DNA of 64,000 nucleotides from an uncultured Planctomycetia bacterium (GTDB lineage Bacteria; Omnitrophota; Gorgyraeia; 2-02-FULL-51-18): NCBI GenBank assembly GCA_964642015.1, contig CAZXLF010000003.1, positions 228,204 to 292,203 of the forward strand, read 5' to 3'. Shown piece by piece: positions 57,521 to 64,000 of this stretch (position 1 is its first letter; each line of letters starts with the position of its first letter). The notes under the pieces were generated by a model. It saw only the letters and a program-made list of their open reading frames with translations, ran no database searches and was not told where the DNA came from. The position numbers and the translations under genes were made by a program.

Positions 57521-58534
57521 CTTCAAAAACGGCGAAACTGCGTCGTATACGGCCTGATTACCTGCGGGAGTCAAATGTTTATCGAAATTATAATAGAACG
57601 TCTCTTTGGCAGGATTTACGTCCCATACCTTAGCTAGGTCCAAAAACTTTATACGCTGATTCCTGCAAAATGCCTCTAGCTTATTATCCAGCTGAAATCG
57701 GTCATATTCTTCCGGATTTACTTTATAAAATCTAATGACACTTTCCCAACGATTGATCTGTTTTTTTAACGGGATATAGACCACGTATAAAGTCGATGAT
57801 CTGGCCTGGCATAAAAGTTTAATATCGGACAACGCGCTATAAGTATACTGCCACGCTTGTTCCAGGGTCGGAGAAGTATGATTTTTCTGAAAGAGTTCAA
57901 AACTCATCGTATAATCCATTTTAGAAATCCCCAGTTTATAAAGCAATGCCCGGTAATTGACCCGTACAAACTCATAAAGCATGGTTTTAGTGAAAAGTGG
58001 CTTGATGGGTTCCAAAAACTCTACGAGATGTCTTTGTTTGTGTTCTTGATCTCCAGGGATGCGACGTTCCATGGGGTTCGTGGCTTCTCTAAAATTATCT
58101 TTAATATCATTTTCGTAAAAAAATAAGATAACCGCTCTCGGATGGATCTTATCTATATACCGTGAAAGTATTTTCTTCTGTTCGACCGTACCTGTATCAC
58201 ATTTACCCAAATTAAAAACTTCGAAATGCTGATCCATGTGTTTAGACAAAAAACTCGCAAAAGTTTTGTCTTTTTCGGCCCCTAATCCTACGACAAAAGA
58301 ATCACCTAATAAAATAACGTTTTCTTTCCCCTTTTTTAATTTCTGATCGAATTCATCATCTCTAAATCCGTCGGCGTTAAATATCCAAGAATGACGGTAT
58401 TCGATACATCGGACTTCATCATTCTTTGGGGATGGGTAAATAAATCTGAGGATTGTTTCGGCGAAAACCAGAGACACTGAAAAAGAAATAAGAAAAAGGA
58501 TTGGGCTCCAAAAGAAGGCCTTCTTAACGGACAT
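57512..58534 (-). CDS. Membrane-anchored SGNH/GDSL hydrolase-fold protein, paralog 1 of 3
   Basis: N-terminal TM anchor. SGNH blocks are LLGDSFVVG (Ser), FNLGKCDTG (Gly), FFYENDIKDN (Asn) and FDKHLTPAGN (Asp-x-x-His). Confidence 0.75.
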   Translation of the reverse strand: MSVKKAFFWSPILFLISFSVSLVFAETILRFIYPSPKNDEVRCIEYRHSWIFNADGFRDDEFDQKLKKGKENVILLGDSFVVGLGAEKDKTFASFLSKHMDQHFEVFNLGKCDTGTVEQKKILSRYIDKIHPRAVILFFYENDIKDNFREATNPMERRIPGDQEHKQRHLVEFLEPIKPLFTKTMLYEFVRVNYRALLYKLGISKMDYTMSFELFQKNHTSPTLEQAWQYTYSALSDIKLLCQARSSTLYVVYIPLKKQINRWESVIRFYKVNPEEYDRFQLDNKLEAFCRNQRIKFLDLAKVWDVNPAKETFYYNFDKHLTPAGNQAVYDAVSPFLKDI

Positions 58535-58546
58535 GCTGGCTTGATC

Positions 58547-59548
58547 TCAAGAATTCTTCTTGCCGATAAATAAAAGATCTTCGGCAACACCGTGTTTCTT
58601 TAGAAGAGCAAAATATTCTTTATTGACCTTTTGGATCCATCCATTGAAATCATCTTTGAGCTTTCTATTGGGAAAATCGGCCGATCGGATAAGTTTTGGC
58701 TCCGACATCCCGATATCAGCGCTTTTTTGAGGTTTTCCGGTGAGTATCCAATTCAATTGATTTAAAAAATTGTATTCCTGCTCCGTCTGGATCCTGCCTG
58801 TAAATCCGCATTTTTTTAATAATCTCATCAAAGTCGATGCGGAATAATAATAAATATGAGGCTCCCGATACCAAAAATCAGCATATTCTTCGACGTCGTA
58901 AACCGACAAAAGAGAATCGTTCACATTAGGGACCTTGATACAAATCGTTCCGTTTGTCTTAAGATATTTTCTTATAGTTTTTAAGAACGGTACCGGATCG
59001 TCAATATGCTCAAGAACCATATAAATCACGATCAAATCAAATGAGTTCTCTGGTATATCTGTATTCTCGATCGGTTCGGTGTAAACAGGAATGCCTAGTT
59101 TCTGCCTCACGAATTTGGCATCATTTTTATTAAATTCAATGCCCACGCATTCTTTTACATATTTCTTCAAAGCATATAGAAAATGCCCTGACGAGCAGCC
59201 TATTTCGAGCGCCCTCATGTTTGGTTTCAAAACATGCCTGATCTCCCGAATTCGCTGTTCTTGAAATGGCAAATAAATATCAAAGACCTGGCGGCTTGTC
59301 AGCGCCTTCCCCAATACAGGCGTATACATTTGTCTATAGGCCTTACGGTAATAATCCTTCAGATCTTTACTTTGAGGTTCCAAAAATACGAGTCCGCAAC
59401 TCCGGCATTTGAGAACGTTCCGCGGAATATCAAAGCGGACTTTGGACCTGATTTTTTGGAGTTTTTGGCTACCGCAAAGATAACACTTCACCCTTTCTCT
59501 CCTGAGTAAGATCGGACGTTGGGTTTGTGATTCTAGCAAAATCGTCAT
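58547..59548 (-). CDS. Class I SAM-dependent methyltransferase with N-terminal Zn ribbon
   Basis: CYLCGS...CRSCGL and ALEIGCSSGHFL. Same architecture as ORF 37181-38197. Confidence 0.7.
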   Translation of the reverse strand: MTILLESQTQRPILLRRERVKCYLCGSQKLQKIRSKVRFDIPRNVLKCRSCGLVFLEPQSKDLKDYYRKAYRQMYTPVLGKALTSRQVFDIYLPFQEQRIREIRHVLKPNMRALEIGCSSGHFLYALKKYVKECVGIEFNKNDAKFVRQKLGIPVYTEPIENTDIPENSFDLIVIYMVLEHIDDPVPFLKTIRKYLKTNGTICIKVPNVNDSLLSVYDVEEYADFWYREPHIYYYSASTLMRLLKKCGFTGRIQTEQEYNFLNQLNWILTGKPQKSADIGMSEPKLIRSADFPNRKLKDDFNGWIQKVNKEYFALLKKHGVAEDLLFIGKKNS

Positions 59549-59652
59549 TCAAAGTAGTTTATCTTATTCTTCTGTCAAATCAATAGAATTCATTTGTTCC
59601 GATTAAATCCAGCCAAAATAAGGCGGGAAATTTCATGTTCAAAATGTTTCCG

Positions 59653-60651
59653 TTAAACTGATCTCAACCAGCGATCGAAATAAGGCAACATTCTTTGATA
59701 CACAGCCAAATGCCCCGCTTCATTAAAGTGCAGATCAATGTAATAATAAAGCGAATTCTTATTCCGCAAACTGTCCAATTCCGGAGCAAGGTCAACAAAT
59801 TCTATCCTGTTAGAATCACAAAACAGCTTTAGCCGCTTATCCAGCATAAACCTGTCATACTTTTCAGGATCGGCGTTCTCAAACCTAAGCACACCGCTCC
59901 AATGCCCTAATTGCTGGCTCGACGGCAAATAAACAACATAAAACGCTGTTGATCTATCCTGGCAGATAGACTGCATCTTTAACAAGGCGTTATGAGTATA
60001 CTCCCAGCCAAGTTCTGCTTCCCGAGAAATAGAACCATCTTTTCTTAATAATTCAAGACCAATATCGTAATAAATCGGCCATAAGTTCAATTTGCGCAGC
60101 GAGATTCCATATAAATATCGGCTGATTTGATAAACCCTTAGCCGGTTCAGCTGTTTTTCTACCGCTGTAGGCTCTTCGGATCGGATGGATTTTCTTCGAT
60201 TGAGCACCTGAAAATTATCGTTAATGTCATTCCAATAAAAAAACAGTACGACCGCCTTGGGCTTGATCCTATCTATATACTTGGTGAGTATCTCGGTCTG
60301 TTGGATGGTGCCCGTAGAACATTTTCCCAAATTAAACGTTTCGATACGGCTTCCAAATTTTTCCGCCAGAAGATCTGAAAACCTCTTATTTTTACCAACG
60401 CCCACCCCCACCAAGAAGGAATCGCCTAGCAAAATAATGTTTTTACTTTTTTTTTGAAGTTTAAGATCAAAATCATCGTCCCTGAATCCTTCTTTGTTTA
60501 AAATCCAATCATGCCGGTATTCCAAAGTTCTTAATTCGTTTTTATCAGCCGACGGAAAAACGAGCCTGAGTGCAAACTCAGCAAAAAAAAGCGAAATAAA
60601 AAGAGCCGATAAAAATACGGCTATATTTGCAGCAATATTTTTTCTTATCAT
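59653..60651 (-). CDS. Membrane-anchored SGNH/GDSL hydrolase-fold protein, paralog 2 of 3
   Basis: LLGDSFLVG, FNLGKCSTG, FFYWNDINDN and IDLHFNEAGH. Confidence 0.75.
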   Translation of the reverse strand: MIRKNIAANIAVFLSALFISLFFAEFALRLVFPSADKNELRTLEYRHDWILNKEGFRDDDFDLKLQKKSKNIILLGDSFLVGVGVGKNKRFSDLLAEKFGSRIETFNLGKCSTGTIQQTEILTKYIDRIKPKAVVLFFYWNDINDNFQVLNRRKSIRSEEPTAVEKQLNRLRVYQISRYLYGISLRKLNLWPIYYDIGLELLRKDGSISREAELGWEYTHNALLKMQSICQDRSTAFYVVYLPSSQQLGHWSGVLRFENADPEKYDRFMLDKRLKLFCDSNRIEFVDLAPELDSLRNKNSLYYYIDLHFNEAGHLAVYQRMLPYFDRWLRSV

Positions 60652-61685
60652 TATTGAGTTTTGGTCAGGAAGGACGAGATCTTTTTATAAAAAATATCGA
60701 AGAAAACACGATTGCCTTTGGGTGTCAAATGACTGTCAAACTTGTAATAGTAATCTTCTTTATCTGGTTTGGCGTCAAGTTCAAAGCAGGTGTCAAAGAA
60801 TAGGATGTGATTCTGGTCGCAAAATGCCTGCAAGGTCTTATTCTCGACAAAACGGTCATAACGTCCGGGATTTGCTTTATAGAACTTGACCACGTTCTCC
60901 CAATGATTGATCTGTTCTCTTTTTGGCAGATAAACGACCAATAATTTGGCTGCTTTGGAATCGCACAAAGCTTTCATATCGATCAGGGATTTTTTGGTAT
61001 TTTCCCATGCTAATTTAACGGCCGTTGACGAAGAGTTTTTCTCAAAAAGATCGAATTCCATCCCGTAATCCAACTTTGAAATCCCTATCTTTGTTAAAAA
61101 GATCCGATAACGCTGACTGATGAACTGATAAAGCATGCTCTTATAGAGCCATGGTTTAACAGGCTCGAGGAATTCAAAAAACGGCCTTTGCTTGGACAGC
61201 TCCGCTGTCTGCAACGGCCGATATGGCGAATCCTTTGGCATAATAAAATTATCGGCAACGTCATTCCAAAAAAAGAACAGGATCACATATTTTGGATGAA
61301 TGCGGTCGATATACCGCTTCAATATGTCGAGCTGGTTAAAAGTGCCTGTAGCGCATTTGCCTAAATTAAATGTCTCGTAGCGCTCTCCAAGTGTTTTGGA
61401 CAAGAGATAGGCAAAGCTCTCTTGCCTTTCGGACCCAAGACCTACAGCAAAAGAATCCCCGAGAAGGACCACATTCTCTTTGTGTTTGATGAGCTTTTGG
61501 TCGAATTCATCATCGCGAAACCCTTCCGAATTGAATATCCATTGATGCCGATATTCAAGTGAAGTGACCTCTTGACCGCTCGGTTTTGGGTAGATCAGAC
61601 GAAGCGCGATCTCCGCGATAATCAAGCAGACCAAGATCATAGTGGCGGATAAAAGAAGATTAATGCACAATGCTCGCAATTTCAC
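60651..61685 (-). CDS. Membrane-anchored SGNH/GDSL hydrolase-fold protein, paralog 3 of 3
   Basis: LLGDSFAVG, FNLGKCATG, FFFWNDVADN and FDSHLTPKGN. Confidence 0.75.
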   Translation of the reverse strand: MKLRALCINLLLSATMILVCLIIAEIALRLIYPKPSGQEVTSLEYRHQWIFNSEGFRDDEFDQKLIKHKENVVLLGDSFAVGLGSERQESFAYLLSKTLGERYETFNLGKCATGTFNQLDILKRYIDRIHPKYVILFFFWNDVADNFIMPKDSPYRPLQTAELSKQRPFFEFLEPVKPWLYKSMLYQFISQRYRIFLTKIGISKLDYGMEFDLFEKNSSSTAVKLAWENTKKSLIDMKALCDSKAAKLLVVYLPKREQINHWENVVKFYKANPGRYDRFVENKTLQAFCDQNHILFFDTCFELDAKPDKEDYYYKFDSHLTPKGNRVFFDIFYKKISSFLTKTQ

Positions 61686-63565
61686 GATTTAGTCTCAAAA
61701 ACGAGATAATGAAAAGTTGTCGGGCGTTCCGTCGCATCATAGCGGAATACCTGAGAATAACCTTTACGCTGAACGTATTGAAATAGCGCGGGATCTGACC
61801 CTTCTTGCAGCCAAATATACTGAAATCTTTCTTTGTCCAAATAATCTTCGAGTGTTCGTCCGCTTTTCTGCAATGATTGGCGCAAAAATATGGAATCGAA
61901 AATCATGCCAGGATTTTCATTATAAAATGCGCGCACTTCGGCTGAATTGAATATCTTGGTATCCGCAGAGGCATGTTCTTTGAAATATCGATAGCCTTCG
62001 AACGACCTTTCAAATTTAGCCAGATAATTTTGGGCCGTTTCTTGACCCAGAACCACTTTCCAGCAATTTCTCAACCGGTAAACATAAACACCGCTATGAA
62101 TCAACAGAACGATGCCGAGACAAAAAAACCCTGCCCGCTTCAACCATATTCCTTGAAGCGAGCAAAATGCTATAGCCGCTGCAACAGAAAGAAAAGGGAC
62201 CACAGACAAATAAAAACGAGCGTGTTGCGACTGTTTAAAAAGTAAAAAAGTATAAACGACCGTAAATAATACAAAATAAATGGCTTGCTTGCTCAATGAT
62301 CTTATGCGAAATATGAGACAAGGGGTGAAGATCAAGAAAAGCGGTCCGACACTTTCACCTCCAAAATTATTCGGGTACATCGTCAAATTCCATGGAAATT
62401 TCATGAAGTCGATCCACCGCTTTCCCATGCCCACGTTTGCGGCGATGTCAAAATCCAAACCGCTGCCGAATATCTTTGAAAAAAACGGGTACACAGGATT
62501 TCCGATCACCCACCAGCTCCTCAAATACCAGACGCTGGAAAAAAGGACGGCCCCCAATATCCACAGGCCCAATCCTTTCAAGTTAACCTTGGTGCTAATA
62601 ACCCAGAGAAAGAATAAAGTAGCGGCGGCGCTTATGCCCAAATATTTTGTGCTCAGCGCACCGGCTGCTGCAATGCCGGACAATAAAGCAGCGGAATGCA
62701 TTGGTAAAATTCCATTCAGCATAAAAGCATATACCGCAAGAAATACATAAAAAGCCAACACAAGATCCACGTAGGCATGGCCGGATTGAGCAAATGCGGC
62801 GGGACATAAAACGAAAATTAGAACTGCGATCATCGCAGCAAATGAACCGAAATAACGCAGTGCGAACGCATGGATCGCAAGAGCGGTCAAAATGAAAAAC
62901 GACCAATGGACCGCCTGAACCATTGACGTCCCTTGCAACAATAATCCTAAAAGAAAGAACATCTCGGTTTGAAACGGCCATAAAGATTCCCTGGCATTCT
63001 CGACATAAAAAATCTTGTGTTGGAGAATGAATTCTTTAGGATAAAACAAATGATAAGCCAGTGCATCGTTCCCGATAGGCGGGGCCATCGCTTGAATCCA
63101 GGCCATCAAAAATACCAAAACTATAAAACAAAAAATCAACTTTTCTAACAAGTTGCCAAATTTAATAGATAGAGCATCCAAAAGCAATTTTGGATTTAAA
63201 GGCCGTATGGCAAGGGAGATGAGTAATGTGAGCACCAAAAAAATTATCAGTGACAAACGGCTTAACTCATGAAAAAGCCCCAAAAAAAGCACTTCGAGCG
63301 AAATGAAGATCAGCCCTGTTCCTACAGCGAATAAACGGACCTCCTGCGCAGACAGATCATTCAGGTCAAGTTTTAACACTTTAAATGTAATATTTCCAAT
63401 ACGGTCCGCCACCCAAAGGATTATTAACCACAAAAAAGTCCCTACAAAAGAAGCTGAGAGTCCTGAAGTAAGAAATTCCATTACAATCTTTCTCTGATCT
63501 TCATAAAAACTGCTGACCACAGATAAAACGATGTTACTCCAAGCATCCAAAGCGCAAGGATCCAT
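61682..63565 (-). CDS. Large polytopic membrane protein (about 13 TM) with C-terminal soluble domain; putative GT-C-type glycosyltransferase/polymerase
   Basis: 627 aa. The N-terminal 450 aa are strongly hydrophobic with periodic loops. The C-terminal 170 aa are hydrophilic. Confidence 0.45.
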   Translation of the reverse strand: MDPCALDAWSNIVLSVVSSFYEDQRKIVMEFLTSGLSASFVGTFLWLIILWVADRIGNITFKVLKLDLNDLSAQEVRLFAVGTGLIFISLEVLFLGLFHELSRLSLIIFLVLTLLISLAIRPLNPKLLLDALSIKFGNLLEKLIFCFIVLVFLMAWIQAMAPPIGNDALAYHLFYPKEFILQHKIFYVENARESLWPFQTEMFFLLGLLLQGTSMVQAVHWSFFILTALAIHAFALRYFGSFAAMIAVLIFVLCPAAFAQSGHAYVDLVLAFYVFLAVYAFMLNGILPMHSAALLSGIAAAGALSTKYLGISAAATLFFLWVISTKVNLKGLGLWILGAVLFSSVWYLRSWWVIGNPVYPFFSKIFGSGLDFDIAANVGMGKRWIDFMKFPWNLTMYPNNFGGESVGPLFLIFTPCLIFRIRSLSKQAIYFVLFTVVYTFLLFKQSQHARFYLSVVPFLSVAAAIAFCSLQGIWLKRAGFFCLGIVLLIHSGVYVYRLRNCWKVVLGQETAQNYLAKFERSFEGYRYFKEHASADTKIFNSAEVRAFYNENPGMIFDSIFLRQSLQKSGRTLEDYLDKERFQYIWLQEGSDPALFQYVQRKGYSQVFRYDATERPTTFHYLVFETKS

Positions 63566-63583
63566 CGGATTAATCTTTTTTTA

Positions 63584-64000
63584 TTAAACAAAACGACTCC
63601 TTCGATATTGAAAGATCATAAAAATCGCCAAAAATATCCAAAGTGCCAGCGAAACGCCCTGACACCATCTTTCAGACGTCAGATCATAATAAAACTTTAC
63701 ACGATGCTCACCCTCACCTATCCAGGCACCTGACAGCGCATGATCAACCGGGATCAGCGTTTGAGATTTCCCGTCTACAAGCGCTTTCCAGCGTGGATAG
63801 AATGCGTTTTGAAAAACAACAAGCCCCGGTTTATCCATCTGGATCTGCGCGTCGGTTAAAAGATCAGTCTGGGACACAATCTGTGCTGACTTATATTTCT
63901 TAAGATCGCTCTTCAAAGGTATTTTTAAATTTTCTTCTACCACAGCTTCCAGAGCGGGGTTAAACTCCGTGCTTTTTATGTAGGAAAGCCTTTCTTGATT
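63584..64000 (-). CDS. YfhO-family membrane protein, C-terminal fragment (gene continues beyond window end)
   Basis: YPRWKALVDGKSQTLIPVDHALSGAWIGEGEHRVKFYYD plus a terminal TM helix match the YfhO C-terminus. The reading frame is open to position 64000. Confidence 0.55.
   Translation of the reverse strand, partial: NQERLSYIKSTEFNPALEAVVEENLKIPLKSDLKKYKSAQIVSQTDLLTDAQIQMDKPGLVVFQNAFYPRWKALVDGKSQTLIPVDHALSGAWIGEGEHRVKFYYDLTSERWCQGVSLALWIFLAIFMIFQYRRSRFV

Overview
This 64 kb window comes from a diderm (LPS-type) bacterium. All 65 or so coding genes I can support lie on the minus strand, with almost no intergenic space. I found no rRNA, tRNA, CRISPR array, transposase or integrase.

Coordinates 1-16.8 kb mix housekeeping and envelope genes: a ThiE-like 5' partial, hldC/gmhA (ADP-heptose), a PPi-type pfkA, accBC, efp, pepP, aroQ, an MprF-TM/flippase-like membrane protein, a tandem pair of GalT-like HIT proteins preceded by an unknown CBS-domain protein, fmt-def, priA, family-4 UDG, an MGDG-synthase-like GT28 and gmhB.

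Coordinates 16.8-42.4 kb are a very large surface-glycan locus. It holds 5 GT9 heptosyltransferases, 3 WaaE/KdtX-like GT2 paralogs, further GT2/GT4 enzymes, a WbaP-type initiating phosphotransferase, a Wzx flippase, a GT-C membrane protein, a TylCIII-like C-methyltransferase, a GT2-methyltransferase fusion, several SAM methyltransferases, and a carbamoyltransferase + SxtJ-like + unannotated 52-aa mini-protein triad.

Coordinates 42.4-50.9 kb encode a ptm/neu-like nonulosonic-acid (sialic/legionaminic-type) module: SDR, class-III aminotransferase, NeuA-like, CBS-nucleotidyltransferase (PtmE-like), NeuC, NeuB, an epimerase/dehydratase and an FAD oxidoreductase. NeuC has lost its canonical start codon.

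The most unusual part is 51.1-57.4 kb. It contains a NodB deacetylase, an FkbH-like glyceryl-ACP loader, a SAM methyltransferase, a MaoC dehydratase, two tandem AAC(3)-family acyltransferases and a standalone ACP, all under a near-consensus sigma70 promoter flanked by GATATC direct repeats. I read this as a candidate ACP-dependent N-acyl remodelling pathway for the nonulosonic or amino sugar.

This is followed by three tandem membrane-anchored SGNH hydrolase paralogs with a Zn-ribbon methyltransferase, and by a GT-C-like and a YfhO-like membrane protein (3' partial).

All functions are inferred from motif recognition in the translated ORFs; no database searches were run.
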